Origin: Cyanobacteria bacterium P01_F01_bin.150
Lineage (GTDB): Bacteria; Cyanobacteriota; Cyanobacteriia; CAKZMO01
NCBI GenBank assembly: GCA_039189765.1
Contig: JBCCYL010000017.1
Location: 29,102-93,101 of the forward strand
DNA: 64,000 nucleotides
Reading direction: 5' to 3'
This document shows, piece after piece, positions 19,156 to 29,773 of this stretch (the stretch's first letter is position 1; each line of letters begins with the position of its first letter). Under the pieces are notes generated by a model. That model was given only the letters and a program-made list of their open reading frames with translations. It was not told the origin of the DNA and made no database searches. Position numbers and translations under genes: made by a program.

Positions 19156-20298
19156 ATGTCAGAACAGATCTACACCAACTACCGCTTACAGTTACCCAAC
19201 GAGGAAATCATTGGCACCCTAGTCGTGCGAGATGGGGCGATCGCCGATATCCAACCGGGCACCGTCAACCAAGGTCAGGACGGCAACGGTGACTATCTTC
19301 TGCCAGGATTGGTAGAGCTACATACCGATAACTTTGAGAAGTGTATCTCCCCTCGGCCCAAGGTTACTTGGCCGTTGGATATCGCTGCCGTCCACCATGA
19401 TCGCGATTTGGCCTCAGCAGGGATTACCACAGTGTGTGATGCCATTTCTATTGGTGACTTGACCCCAAACGAGTCCTCCATCCGACTAACCCAGTTTAGT
19501 CCCATGATCGATACCCTCCATCACAGTCAGGAAGTGGGACGATTTAGTGTGGATCATAAACTTCATCTACGCTGTGAATTGGGCTACGAAGACACCTTTG
19601 GCTTCACTAAGCGCTATGCTGACCACCCCTTGCTCAAGCTGATTTCGCTGATGGACCACACTCCTGGTCAGCGTCAGTTTGTCAAGATTGAAAAGTATAA
19701 AGAGTACTACATGGGCAAGCATGGGGTCAGTGCCGAAGATATGGATGGCTTTATCCAGGGGCGATTGGATAACCAAAAGCGCCATGCGGTCAGTAACCGT
19801 CAGCAATTGGTAGAGCTGGCGCAGGCGAAGAATATTACCCTGGCAAGTCACGATGATGCCACACCGGATCATGTGCAAGAAGCGATTGGCGAAGGGGTGG
19901 CGATCGCCGAATTCCCCACTACGTTAGATGCCGCCAAAGAAGCCCATAGCAATGGTCTTCAGGTACTGATGGGTGCGCCCAACTTAATTCTAGGGGGATC
20001 CCACTCTGGCAACATTTCCGCCATGGACTTAGTGGAGCTAGATTTGATTGACATTATTTCCTCGGATTATGTGCCCCAAAGTTTGGTGCAGGCGATGTTC
20101 TTGATTACGGCTCACCGGGATATTCCGATTTACGAAGCCATGCGGTTGTTTACGATTAATCCGGCCAGGGCGATCGGTTTGGAGGGCGATCGCGGCAGTT
20201 TAGAAGTGGGCAAACGGGCTGACTTGATTACCCTACATCATGACGGAGCAGTCGCTCGGCTCACATCAGTTGTAAGCCAAGGAAAGCGAGTTGCCTAA
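19156..20298 (+). CDS. phnM: alpha-D-ribose 1-methylphosphonate 5-triphosphate diphosphatase PhnM
   Basis: PGLVELHTDN, HLRCE, MDHTPGQRQF, ASHDD, MGAPN, SSDYVP. Confidence 0.96.
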   Translation: MSEQIYTNYRLQLPNEEIIGTLVVRDGAIADIQPGTVNQGQDGNGDYLLPGLVELHTDNFEKCISPRPKVTWPLDIAAVHHDRDLASAGITTVCDAISIGDLTPNESSIRLTQFSPMIDTLHHSQEVGRFSVDHKLHLRCELGYEDTFGFTKRYADHPLLKLISLMDHTPGQRQFVKIEKYKEYYMGKHGVSAEDMDGFIQGRLDNQKRHAVSNRQQLVELAQAKNITLASHDDATPDHVQEAIGEGVAIAEFPTTLDAAKEAHSNGLQVLMGAPNLILGGSHSGNISAMDLVELDLIDIISSDYVPQSLVQAMFLITAHRDIPIYEAMRLFTINPARAIGLEGDRGSLEVGKRADLITLHHDGAVARLTSVVSQGKRVA

Positions 20299-21467
20299 TG
20301 GAACATCAACCCACAAAACTAGCGCTTCAAGGTGCCAATGTTTTAATCCCAACGGGATGGTTAGAGGACGCCACTGTTTTGGTGGAAGACGGTCGATTTG
20401 TGTCGGTGGATCAGGCGGCTAAGCCCAGTGGCTATGTTTCGCTAGATGTGAGTGGTGTGCAAATGCTGCCTGGATTGGTGGATATTCATGGGGATGCCTT
20501 TGAGCGGATGATTTGTCCTCGTCCTTCAACGACGTTGCCGATGAGTATGGCCCTATTGGAAAACGATCGCGCCCTATTAGCAGCCGGGATCACCACCTTC
20601 TTTTACTCTATTACCGATTCCTTTGAACCGGGATTGCGGAGTCGGGAAATGGCGCGATCGCTCATCAATCACATCACCATTCCCGAAACCCTGGCCCAAT
20701 TGGGACTCAAGGTAGACAGCCGCATTCATATTCGTCATGAGCAGGCCAATACGGCTGGGCATGATGAGTTGTGTCAGTGGCTGGAATCGAGGCAAGTGAC
20801 GCTGCTATCCCTTAATAATCATTTGCCGGACACCTTAAATATTCAAACTAATCAGCGTTACATAAAAAAACTCCACAAGCGAGTCACCATGACCGACGCA
20901 GATATTCAGGCAATGCTGGAAGCAGCCTTTGCCCGTCAAGATGAGGGATTGGTTCAGGCAGATGAGTTGGTGCAACATTGTCATCGGCTTGGTATTCCGG
21001 TGGCCTCCCATGATGATGAAACGGAAGTCGATGTGGTCAAGAGTCGGGATCGAGGAATAGCGATCGCCGAATTTCCCGCAGAGATTCCCCTTGCGGAACA
21101 ATCCCGTGCTTACGGTGCTGCTGTCTTGATGGGTGCGCCCAACCTAGTACGCGGTGGCTCTCATGTGGGCTACATGAGTGTGGCGGAAGCGGCCCAGGCC
21201 CAAGTGCTCGACTGCCTCTGTTCCGATTACCACTATCCCTCATTATTCCACGCGCCGTTCTTGCTGGCAGACAAGGGACTGATGTCTTTTGAGCAAGCCT
21301 GGAAATGTGTGTCGGAAACTCCGGCCAATGCGGCGAAAATTGGCGATCGCAAAGGCAAAATCACCCCCGGTCACGACGCCGATTTTCTGCTTCTGCGTCC
21401 AGAGAATTCTTTACCCAGTGCTATTCAGTCAGTCTATGTTGGTGGTCAGCAAGTGGCCAGGTTTTAA
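20298..21467 (+). CDS. phnM: second, divergent PhnM-like amidohydrolase
   Basis: PGLVDIHGDAFE, ASHDD, MGAPNLVRGGSH, CSDYHYP. Confidence 0.88.
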   Translation: MEHQPTKLALQGANVLIPTGWLEDATVLVEDGRFVSVDQAAKPSGYVSLDVSGVQMLPGLVDIHGDAFERMICPRPSTTLPMSMALLENDRALLAAGITTFFYSITDSFEPGLRSREMARSLINHITIPETLAQLGLKVDSRIHIRHEQANTAGHDELCQWLESRQVTLLSLNNHLPDTLNIQTNQRYIKKLHKRVTMTDADIQAMLEAAFARQDEGLVQADELVQHCHRLGIPVASHDDETEVDVVKSRDRGIAIAEFPAEIPLAEQSRAYGAAVLMGAPNLVRGGSHVGYMSVAEAAQAQVLDCLCSDYHYPSLFHAPFLLADKGLMSFEQAWKCVSETPANAAKIGDRKGKITPGHDADFLLLRPENSLPSAIQSVYVGGQQVARF

Positions 21468-21468
21468 T

Positions 21469-21686
21469 AAGGCAGAAGGCAGAAGGCAGAAGGCAGAAGG
21501 CAGAAGGCAGAAGGCAGAAGTGGCGCTCAGATCCCAGGGTTCTAACCAAATCCCCTGATGATCGCCGAACCATTGTCAAGAACCCTGGGATCTAACGCCC
21601 CAACGCCCCAACGCCCCAACGCCCCAACGCCCCAACTCCAATCCAAAATCCAAAATCCAAAATCCAAAATCCAAAATCTAAAATCA
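21469..21686. repeat. STRR composite: (AAGGCAG)7, 15-bp inverted repeat, (AACGCCCC)n, (AATCCAA)n
   Basis: Read directly; IR AGATCCCAGGGTTCT 21529-21543 / 21579-21593. Confidence 0.9.
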
Positions 21687-21688
21687 CC

Positions 21689-22240
21689 ATGTCTACTATT
21701 TTTGAATTGATTACGCTCTATGGCGATCGCGGTCTCGCCCAATACGGAGGCGAAGCCGTCAGCCAATTGGAACATGCTCTCCAGTGCGCAACTTTAGCGG
21801 AAAAATCAGGAGAATCAGCAGCATTGATTACCGCGTGTTTGCTCCATGATTTAGGGCATTTAGTACATCACCTAGGCGACGATGTAGCCAAACGGGGCAT
21901 TGATGATCACCATGAATACCGAGCCATCCCTGTGCTAGAAGACGTGTTTCCAGAAGCGATTACCACGCCTATTCGACTCCACGTTGCCGCCAAGCGCTAC
22001 CTTTGTGCAGTGGATAAAGGCTATTGGGATGAGTTATCTCCAGCCTCAAAGTTGAGCTTAGAGCTGCAAGGGGGAATTTTTGCGGAGAAGGCGGCGGAGC
22101 AATTTATTCAACAGCCCTATGCCGAAGATGCAGTCAAGCTGCGTCGCTGGGATGATCTGGCAAAAGACCCTGACCAAAAGACCCCTGACTTGGACCATTT
22201 TCTGCCCATTTTGCAGCAAGCCTGTCGAGTCGCGGTTTAA
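21689..22240 (+). CDS. phnZ: PhnZ-like HD-domain phosphonate oxygenase
   Basis: YGGEAVSQLEHALQCA, LLHDLGH, HVAAKRYL, SLELQGG, LRRWDD.AK. Confidence 0.85.
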   Translation: MSTIFELITLYGDRGLAQYGGEAVSQLEHALQCATLAEKSGESAALITACLLHDLGHLVHHLGDDVAKRGIDDHHEYRAIPVLEDVFPEAITTPIRLHVAAKRYLCAVDKGYWDELSPASKLSLELQGGIFAEKAAEQFIQQPYAEDAVKLRRWDDLAKDPDQKTPDLDHFLPILQQACRVAV

Positions 22241-22287
22241 GCGATCGCCTTGATTCCTACTCCCGTTCCTTACTTTAGCGTTGTCCC

Positions 22288-23112
22288 ATGACACTCATTG
22301 CTCAAATCAGCGATCTCCATGTCCAAACGCCGGGGGCACTGGCTTACGGTGTAGTTGATACCAATTCCTTAGTGGAAACTGCTATTGCCCATCTTAACCA
22401 GCTCAGCCCCCAGCCGGATTTAGTGGTAGCCACGGGGGATTTAGTCCAGAAGGGAACCGTGGCTAACTATCAACAATTGAAGGGCATCCTGACCCACCTC
22501 CGCGCCCCAATTTACCTTATGCCTGGGAACCATGATCAGGGCACGAACCTAAAACAGGTCTTTCCTGATCATCCATATCTGTTTAGGGAAACCGATCACC
22601 TCAGCTATGTTGTGGATGACTATCCCATCCGCATGATTATGCTGGACAATGCATTGCCTGGGAAAAAGGCGGGCGGTCTGGATGAGCAGCGATTCATTTG
22701 GTTAGAGGCTCAATTGGAGAAATCACCGCAAACGCCGACCCTGATTTTTATGCATCACCCCCCATTTAGCACGGGTATTCCTTGGATGGATCGCCGCCAT
22801 GCCGAAAAGAGTGATGCCTTAGCAACTCTGGTGTCCCAGTATCCCCAGATTGAACGGGTGAGTTGTGGGCATCTGCACCGGGGAATCTATCGCCGTTGGG
22901 CGGGAACGATTGCCAGCACTCAACCCAGCTTGGTGCATCAAGGGGGCTTGGACCTGCGGTCTGCGGCTAGTCAGTTTGTGATGGAACCTCCTGCGTATCA
23001 GCTTCATATTTGGAAAGATAAATGTCTGATTTCCCATACGGTTTTTGTTGGGGATTTTGATGGCCCCTATCGGTTTTCTGATGGGCAAAAAGTAACGGTA
23101 GCAATATCTTGA
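22288..23112 (+). CDS. CpdA/GpdQ-like metallophosphoesterase
   Basis: SDLH, TGD, PGNHD, MHHPP, CGHLH. Confidence 0.9.
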   Translation: MTLIAQISDLHVQTPGALAYGVVDTNSLVETAIAHLNQLSPQPDLVVATGDLVQKGTVANYQQLKGILTHLRAPIYLMPGNHDQGTNLKQVFPDHPYLFRETDHLSYVVDDYPIRMIMLDNALPGKKAGGLDEQRFIWLEAQLEKSPQTPTLIFMHHPPFSTGIPWMDRRHAEKSDALATLVSQYPQIERVSCGHLHRGIYRRWAGTIASTQPSLVHQGGLDLRSAASQFVMEPPAYQLHIWKDKCLISHTVFVGDFDGPYRFSDGQKVTVAIS

Positions 23113-23186
23113 AATGACTTTTTATATGCAGCTTTGTGTTGCGATAACCCTCAACAAATATTAATTTAAACAACACTTTTTCAGGA

Positions 23187-23216
23187 TTTAACCGATGCAT
23201 AATTAAGCGTTAACCC
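23187..23216 (+). promoter_or_regulatory. Pho box upstream of phnD
   Basis: TTTAACCG/CATAATTA/GTTAACCC at 23187, 23198, 23209. Confidence 0.55.
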
Positions 23217-23289
23217 ACTGCCCCACCCTTTTCAGGTAGGTTAAGGGCGATATTAAATTCGCGCCCTGTTACTCCATTTGGTAGTCGCT

Positions 23290-24189
23290 ATGAAACGACG
23301 TTCTTTCTTTCAATCTGTTGCACTTTTTTCTGTAGGGTTGGCGATCGCCGCCTGCACAACACCTCAACAAGCGACCAGCGATTTAACTCCCGAAACGATC
23401 AAGTTTGCAGTAACCGATGTTAAAGGAATGGAAGAGCTACAGCGGGACTACGAACCGTTCCGCAATGCCTTAACTGAAAGTCTTGGCAAAGAGGTTGAGT
23501 TTTTTCCCGTTGCGGATCGCACGGCTGCTGCGGTTGCGTTGCAATCTGACCAAGTGGATGTGGTTTTGACGGGGCCTGCTGAGTATGTAGTGGTTCGGGC
23601 CAAGGCTAATGTGGTGCCGTTTGTGGCGATTACTCGTCCCAATTATCGTTCCGTTATTGCGGTTCAACCTGATAGCGAAATTAGTGCGGTCAGCGAACTC
23701 AAAGGCAAAACCATTGCCATGTCTGACTTGGGGTCCACCAGTGGTCAGCTTGGTCCTACCAAAATTTTAGTTGATGGTGGGATTCAGCCCGAAGGCGATA
23801 TGGAAATTTTGATGCTAGGCGATACTGATTTGCAAGCGTTCAAAAATGGTGAGACCGATGCCTGGGGCGGGGCAGCTCTAGACTATGAGCGTTTCTTAGA
23901 GGCTGAAGGCTTGAAGGAAGCTGATTTCCCTTTGATTGAAACCGGTCCGTTGCTTCCCAGTGATGTATTCGTTGTCAGCAGTTCCTTGGCCCCGGAGTTT
24001 GTGGACGAGCTAAAGCAGTCCATGATCGATAACCAAGACAAGCTCATCGATGCCATTATTTCGGTGGATGCCAACAAGAAATACACTGGCTCTGAAATTG
24101 TCGAGGTACAGGATTCTGATTATGACTCCATTCGTGAGGCCTATCAGGCAATCGGTATTAACGACTTCACTGAGTTTGTCGGTGACTAG
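23290..24189 (+). CDS. phnD: phosphonate ABC substrate-binding lipoprotein
   Basis: Lipobox IAAC; GPAEYV, GSTSG motifs; precedes phnC/phnE. Confidence 0.9.
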   Translation: MKRRSFFQSVALFSVGLAIAACTTPQQATSDLTPETIKFAVTDVKGMEELQRDYEPFRNALTESLGKEVEFFPVADRTAAAVALQSDQVDVVLTGPAEYVVVRAKANVVPFVAITRPNYRSVIAVQPDSEISAVSELKGKTIAMSDLGSTSGQLGPTKILVDGGIQPEGDMEILMLGDTDLQAFKNGETDAWGGAALDYERFLEAEGLKEADFPLIETGPLLPSDVFVVSSSLAPEFVDELKQSMIDNQDKLIDAIISVDANKKYTGSEIVEVQDSDYDSIREAYQAIGINDFTEFVGD

Positions 24190-24460
24190 TTGCCCCATTC
24201 CCTAACCCCCTTCCAAGAGGGGGAATCGGAACATGGCAGAAGACCCTATCGATCTCCGGTTCCCCTCCTTGGATGGGCTAGGGATGGATTAGGCGGGGCT
24301 TAACGCAGGATCTAAAAACTGCATGAATAAATTCCGTCAATGTTCAAAATGAACAGTCTAGGTATTTGCCCACTTTCCTTCTTAAGTCCCCGTCTCCAAC
24401 TGGAAACCAAGCATTTCGGACTCTGGCGTTGAGCAATAGCCCTTAATTTTTCACTAATTT

Positions 24461-25237
24461 ATGCTTTCATTAGCGGTTGACCACCTATCAAAAATCTATG
24501 CCAATGGCACCGTTGCCCTCAAGGATGTCAGCTTTAGCGCCCAGCCAGGAGAAGCCATCGTTTTGCTGGGTTCCAACGGCTCTGGTAAATCCACACTGCT
24601 ACGGTGCTTGGTGGGACTGGAAACGCCTTCCAGTGGCACTATTTACATGGGTGATGCGGCGATCGCCACCGCCACTCCTCACCAATTACGAACCTTACGA
24701 CGACAAGTTGGCATCGTATTCCAGCGGTTCAACTTGGTCTCTAGCTTGAGTGCATTCCATAATGTGTTGCAAGGCTCCCTGGGTCGAAGTAAAGGACCTC
24801 AGTACTGGTTTCCGGCAACCGCTCCGCAGTATGAGCGGGACCGAGTGATGCAGTGTTTGGCGCGAGTAAATCTGGCTCATGTGGCTCAACAACGAGTAGA
24901 TACTCTGTCGGGGGGACAACAACAACGGGTGGCGATCGCCCGCATGTTGATGCAAGATCCCAGTCTGCTGCTAGTGGATGAACCCGTCGCCAGCCTTGAC
25001 CCCAAATCTGGCAGAGAAGCAATGGATTTGCTTTGGGACATCGTGCGAGAACGTCAGCTCACTGTGATTTGTACCCTTCACCAACTGGAGCTTGCCAAAG
25101 ACTACGCCGATCGCATTATCGGATTGCGAGAGGGAGAAATTCAGATCGATGCCCCCACCCACCAGATAACTGACCATGAATTAAGCTGGCTCTATGAATC
25201 ATCCCAGACCACCGCTTCGATCGAGACCCCAGTCTGA
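24461..25237 (+). CDS. phnC: phosphonate ABC ATPase
   Basis: GSNGSGKS, LSGGQQQRVAIAR, DEPVASLDP, LHQ. Confidence 0.93.
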   Translation: MLSLAVDHLSKIYANGTVALKDVSFSAQPGEAIVLLGSNGSGKSTLLRCLVGLETPSSGTIYMGDAAIATATPHQLRTLRRQVGIVFQRFNLVSSLSAFHNVLQGSLGRSKGPQYWFPATAPQYERDRVMQCLARVNLAHVAQQRVDTLSGGQQQRVAIARMLMQDPSLLLVDEPVASLDPKSGREAMDLLWDIVRERQLTVICTLHQLELAKDYADRIIGLREGEIQIDAPTHQITDHELSWLYESSQTTASIETPV

Positions 25238-26048
25238 GCTAAAGTCGTTTCCTCACCTTGTTCCCCCGCGCTGGCGTAAGCCATCCCCATTGATATTTGT
25301 GGGCTTAATCGTGGGTGCAGCTTTCTTTTTTCATGGCCTGTGGATTAGTGAACTCACCCCCCTCCGTATCTGGCAAGGCTTTTCCCGTCTCTGGAATTTT
25401 CTAGACAAAGCCATTCCCCCCGATCCCAGTCGTCTCGGCAGCGTTATCCAAGCCACATTGGAAACCTTTGAGATGGCCCTGGTGGGAACCGTATTTGGCG
25501 CAGTGCTGAGTCTGCCTCTGGCTATCTTTGCCGCCAAGAACACCACGCCGCATCGATTCATCTTTACACTGACCCGGAGCTTTGTGACCCTGCTGCGCGT
25601 GATTCCAGATTTGATTTGGGGACTGATTTTTATTATTGTGGTGGGCCTGGGACCCGCCGCTGGCATTATGGCCTTGACCGCAGACACCATGGGATTCTGT
25701 GGCAAGTTTTTTGCTGAACGTATCGAAGAAATCGAACCAGGTCCAGTAGAAGCCTTGAGAGCCATTGGTGCCTCCGAACCCAGCATTATCGTCGGGGCAA
25801 TTTTCCCCGCCACTTTGCCGTCCTTTGTGGCTTCAACGCTATTTGCCCTAGAATCCTCCGTCCGCTCAGCCGTGGTGTTGGGTCTGGTGGGGGCTGGGGG
25901 AATCGGGGTCGAGCTGTCCACATCCATGCAGCTTCTTCGTTATGACGAAGCCTTTATGGTAATTATCGTTATTTTTATCGTGGTCTTGGTGGTGGAACAG
26001 GTCTCCAGCTTTATTCGCAGAACCATTATTGGAGGGAAGAATTTATGA
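25194..26048 (+). CDS. phnE: phosphonate ABC permease
   Basis: GKFFAERIE, GPVEALRAIGA, VLGLVGAGGIG; exact start uncertain. Confidence 0.93.
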   Translation: MNHPRPPLRSRPQSELKSFPHLVPPRWRKPSPLIFVGLIVGAAFFFHGLWISELTPLRIWQGFSRLWNFLDKAIPPDPSRLGSVIQATLETFEMALVGTVFGAVLSLPLAIFAAKNTTPHRFIFTLTRSFVTLLRVIPDLIWGLIFIIVVGLGPAAGIMALTADTMGFCGKFFAERIEEIEPGPVEALRAIGASEPSIIVGAIFPATLPSFVASTLFALESSVRSAVVLGLVGAGGIGVELSTSMQLLRYDEAFMVIIVIFIVVLVVEQVSSFIRRTIIGGKNL

Positions 26049-26722
26049 GCGACACCATGAGCAATACGGCAACGGCCCATTTGACCTGGGATCAGCGATG
26101 GCAAACAGAAGCGGGCCGAGAAGATTGGTTGGCACCAGAACCGGATGTTGTCGATTTTTCCACCAAACTATCCACTCAACTCCCTGAGCAAGGTCCAAAA
26201 CGAGCCTTGGATTTAGGCTGTGGAGTAGGCCGTCATGCGATTCATTTGGCTCGATTGGGATTTGAGGTCTCTGGCCTGGATGGGAGTGCGGCAGGATTAG
26301 AATTTGCTGCGCAAACGGCCCAGGAGCAAGGCGTCTCCATTGACTTTACCCATGGCTCCATGGAAGAGCTTCCCTATCCCGATCAGTCGTTTGATTATGT
26401 ATTGGCGTTTAATGTGATTTACCATGGCGATCGCCTTGTGGTCTCCCGCTGCATCCAAGCCATCCACCGTGTCCTCAAGCCCGGAGGATTTTTCCAGGGA
26501 ACCATGTTGTCCAAGCGGAATCAGAACTACGGCAAAGGCACGGAAATTTCAGCCAATACCTTTGTCGATGCGAATAATGATGATAAAGACCATCCCCATT
26601 TCTATTGCAATGCTTTAGAACTTTGTGAGCTATTTCAAAATTTTGAACTCCTAAGTTTGCATGACCAGGTGCATAAGAAACCTAATTCCTGGCACTGGCA
26701 TTTAGTCGCTGAACGATTGTAA
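26045..26722 (+). CDS. class I SAM-dependent methyltransferase
   Basis: LDLGCGVGRH, FDYV, RVLKPGG; start overlaps phnE stop (ATGA). Confidence 0.9.
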   Translation: MSDTMSNTATAHLTWDQRWQTEAGREDWLAPEPDVVDFSTKLSTQLPEQGPKRALDLGCGVGRHAIHLARLGFEVSGLDGSAAGLEFAAQTAQEQGVSIDFTHGSMEELPYPDQSFDYVLAFNVIYHGDRLVVSRCIQAIHRVLKPGGFFQGTMLSKRNQNYGKGTEISANTFVDANNDDKDHPHFYCNALELCELFQNFELLSLHDQVHKKPNSWHWHLVAERL

Positions 26723-26772
26723 ATACTGAACTCCTATAAATATGCTCTTCTTCCTCTCTTTGGTGATTGATC

Positions 26773-27312
26773 ATGTCCCACGTTGTTTCAGTAAGCAAGA
26801 GTTCATCCCACACTTTCTCTAAAGAACCTGTCAATGAAATTTGCTTAATTGAAGGGCAAGGCGTTGAAGGCGATGCCCACAAAGGAGTGACGGTAAAGCA
26901 TCGGTCAAGAGTCAAGGCCGATCCGACTCAGCCCAATTTGAGACAGGTCCATTTGATTCATGTGGAACTGATTTATGAGTTGCAAGGCAAAGGATTCCAG
27001 GTACAACCCGCCACCATGGGGGAAAATATTACAACTGAGGGAATCGACCTGTTGTCGCTTCCCAGAGATACCCTCTTAAGGATTGGGCCTGAGGCCGTGG
27101 TTCGAGTCACCGGACTTAGAAATCCGTGCAAGCAATTAAACACTTTTCAAGACGGACTGATGCAGGCGGTGTTGGACAAAGATGCTGAAGGGAATTTAAT
27201 TCGAAAGGCAGGCATAATGTCAGTGGTTGTGGCTGGTGGGCCAGTAAAGCCCGGTGACGATATTGAAGCGATCCTTCCATCGTCTCCCTTTGAGAAACTG
27301 GAACGGGTCTGA
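26773..27312 (+). CDS. MOSC domain protein
   Basis: GVEGDAH, RQVHL, GENITTEG, RNPC, GPVKPGD. Confidence 0.88.
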   Translation: MSHVVSVSKSSSHTFSKEPVNEICLIEGQGVEGDAHKGVTVKHRSRVKADPTQPNLRQVHLIHVELIYELQGKGFQVQPATMGENITTEGIDLLSLPRDTLLRIGPEAVVRVTGLRNPCKQLNTFQDGLMQAVLDKDAEGNLIRKAGIMSVVVAGGPVKPGDDIEAILPSSPFEKLERV

Positions 27313-27337
27313 AGCTTAATGAATTTGAACCTTAGTA

Positions 27338-28519
27338 AGCACCTAGACAAAATTAATTTTATATTCTTCTCCGATGCCATTGAGAACGCGTTCAACATAT
27401 TCTACCAGCGAACTCCAAGATTTATATGCATCAATCTCAATCCAATAATATTTCATGAACTTCCATAACTTCTCAATCAAGTTTAGATGGGGTGAATAGG
27501 TCGGCAAGTAAAATATATGGATACCTCTCTCTGCCCATTCCTGGCTCTTAAAGTAAATTGAGTTGCTTGTATGAATAGACGCATTATCTGCAACGATAAA
27601 AACAGGCTCAGAATGATCTAAAAATAAGGTATCAATGCAATTAATCACAACATCACTATTGATTGTTTGTTCAGATACATATACTTCAAAGTCTAGATTC
27701 TTACGTAAAAAACCAAGAACATTCAGACGTTTTCCCATACAACTTAAAAGATGAACGTATTGACCAATGGGTTGCCAGCCATAAGGGATACAAGGAATTA
27801 GCCCAAAGCCACTTTCATCCATATAATATAGAGATATTTCACCTGCCGCATCTCGTCGCTCTAGCTCCTCTAGCTCTAGCTTTTTCTCTTGATACTCAGT
27901 CTCTAATGGACGACCTGCAGGAGTCCGCCGAAAACGATGCCAGCTCATCCCTAGTCGCTTTATGAGGCGCTTTAGAGTTCTCTTAGATATGGTAATATCC
28001 CATGCTTCTTTGATTTGAGCTAATACTTTATTAAGCTGAATTGGGCTAGCTTGCACCCAGGCATAAATTTGCTCTTCCTGCTCAGATGTAAAGGTTGGGT
28101 TTCGACCTCGACCAGGTTTATCATAAAGGCCTAAAATACCACACTGTTCCCAGCCATTAATCCAATTATAAAGAGTCGGTTTAGTCACAGAAAAGATTGT
28201 GCTTAACTTCGGTATTTTATAGCCTTGCTGAAGAAGAATAAAGAATTGTGCTCGTTGCCTAACCTGATGTTTTTTACTGCTGCGATAGATTCGATTAAGG
28301 AGTCTTAGAGTCTCAGGTGAGATTTCACGGATTAGGATCATCGTATAGCTCAAGTGACAATGCTAACTTTAAGAATAAAACACTTTAATCTCTTTTCGAT
28401 AGATTTCCCTCCTTTGGGCACGTAGCACATATAGTGCGTGTAGCATATGTAGTGCAGAAAGAATTTTAATCTGTCAGATATATACATTTTGGTAGTTTAA
28501 TTATTTATGTCCACCTGCT
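27338..28519 (-). mobile_element. IS630-family insertion sequence
   Basis: TA on both flanks (27336-37, 28520-21); imperfect TIR AGCACCTAGACA / AGCAGGTGGACA. Confidence 0.9.
27343..28353 (-). CDS. IS630 transposase, apparently intact
   Basis: HTH N-terminus; DESGF, DNASIH, PTYSPHLNLIEKLW DDE motifs. Confidence 0.93.
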   Translation of the reverse strand: MSYTMILIREISPETLRLLNRIYRSSKKHQVRQRAQFFILLQQGYKIPKLSTIFSVTKPTLYNWINGWEQCGILGLYDKPGRGRNPTFTSEQEEQIYAWVQASPIQLNKVLAQIKEAWDITISKRTLKRLIKRLGMSWHRFRRTPAGRPLETEYQEKKLELEELERRDAAGEISLYYMDESGFGLIPCIPYGWQPIGQYVHLLSCMGKRLNVLGFLRKNLDFEVYVSEQTINSDVVINCIDTLFLDHSEPVFIVADNASIHTSNSIYFKSQEWAERGIHIFYLPTYSPHLNLIEKLWKFMKYYWIEIDAYKSWSSLVEYVERVLNGIGEEYKINFV

Positions 28520-28651
28520 TATGCGATCGCGTTGATGGAGGGCGATCGCCCCGACGATGTTTCTGGAGTCGAGTTTGTCGCGATCGCTTACACTGGGATG
28601 GTGAAACGACCTGAGAACACCGTCAATTTGAGTTACACCAGGGAGGCGCGT

Positions 28652-29266
28652 ATGGTTCATGCACCTGTCAGTCAAGCGATGACGTTTGAGGCATTTCTGG
28701 AATGGTATCCAGACGATGGTCGTCGCTACGAACTTATTGAAGGATGTGTAATTGAAATGTTACCAACAGGTCCCCATGAGGATGTCGGAGGATTTTTGGC
28801 GGCGGAACTCAATTTTGCCATTCGGACGCATCAGTTGCCGTACTCAATTCCGCGTACTTGCTTGATTAAACCCCAGGCAGAAGGGGCAGGGTATTTTCCC
28901 AATGTGGCAGTTTTAGATCGAGAGCGATTATCAGATGAACCTCTATGGGCGACTGCCTCTGTGATTCAGAAGGGTTCAACGATTCCCCTTGTGATTGAGG
29001 TTGTCAGTACGAACTGGCGAGACGATTACGGTCACAAGTTTGTCGAGTATGAAGCGATGGGCATTGTCGAGTATTGGATGGTAGATTTTCGCGCATTGGG
29101 AGCAGTCCGCCATATTGGCAAACCCAAACAGCCAACGATTACAGTGTGCCAGATTAAAGATGGCGAATATCAAATGCGTCGCTTTGTGGCTGGGGAGAGG
29201 ATTATCTCTGGAGTCTTTTCCCAGTTGAATCTAACAACAGATGCCGTGTTTGCTGCGGCAGGGTAG
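28652..29266 (+). CDS. Uma2 family endonuclease-fold protein
   Basis: RYELIEG, LVIEVVSTNWRDDY, EYWMVD; the usual PD motif reads PN. Confidence 0.88.
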   Translation: MVHAPVSQAMTFEAFLEWYPDDGRRYELIEGCVIEMLPTGPHEDVGGFLAAELNFAIRTHQLPYSIPRTCLIKPQAEGAGYFPNVAVLDRERLSDEPLWATASVIQKGSTIPLVIEVVSTNWRDDYGHKFVEYEAMGIVEYWMVDFRALGAVRHIGKPKQPTITVCQIKDGEYQMRRFVAGERIISGVFSQLNLTTDAVFAAAG

Positions 29267-29337
29267 GCTTTGTTTTTAAGATTGAGGAAGCGATCGCCGT
29301 TTCACCCAGATAACCCAGCATTTGATCTAAACCACCC

Positions 29338-29592
29338 ATGCAACGCAAGCTCACTATCGACATTGACGAACACATTTATGAGGGGCTGTCCCGAATCGTG
29401 AGAGAACAGTCCATTAGTCAATTTATTGAAAATCTGGTACGTCCTTACGTTCTCGACTCTGAGCTGGATTCTGCCTACCGTTCGATGGCAGCGGATGAAG
29501 AGCGTGAAGCAGATGCCTTGGAGTGGTCTGAAGCTCTGATTGGGGATGTCCTGACAGCGGATAGTGATGGTGGAAAGTTGACAGTCAGTTAG
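29338..29592 (+). CDS. putative antitoxin (toxin partner lost)
   Basis: RHH-like KLTIDIDE N-terminus, AYRSMAADEERE..ALEW. Confidence 0.7.
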   Translation: MQRKLTIDIDEHIYEGLSRIVREQSISQFIENLVRPYVLDSELDSAYRSMAADEEREADALEWSEALIGDVLTADSDGGKLTVS

Positions 29593-29660
29593 GCGAATTA
29601 ACTCCACAAGAAATGGCAGCAGTGGAAGTTGCCATTAAGGTATAGCTTAGGTTCAGTTAA
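29583..29660 (+). pseudogene. C-terminal remnant of MazF/PemK-like toxin
   Basis: SQLGE/LTPQEMAAVEVAIKV* with frameshift; resembles MazF C-terminal helix. Confidence 0.5.
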
Positions 29661-29773
29661 AGAAGGGCGATCGCTTTGATTGGGGCGATCGATTCCCTCT
29701 CAAAATTGGTCTGAAGCATAGCGATTAGCCCAGTCTATCTATCCAAAAGCACTAATTTCATATTGCTGAAACT

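Noticed and set aside
21289..21775. Short ORFs over the STRR region
   Set aside because: Translations of tandem repeats
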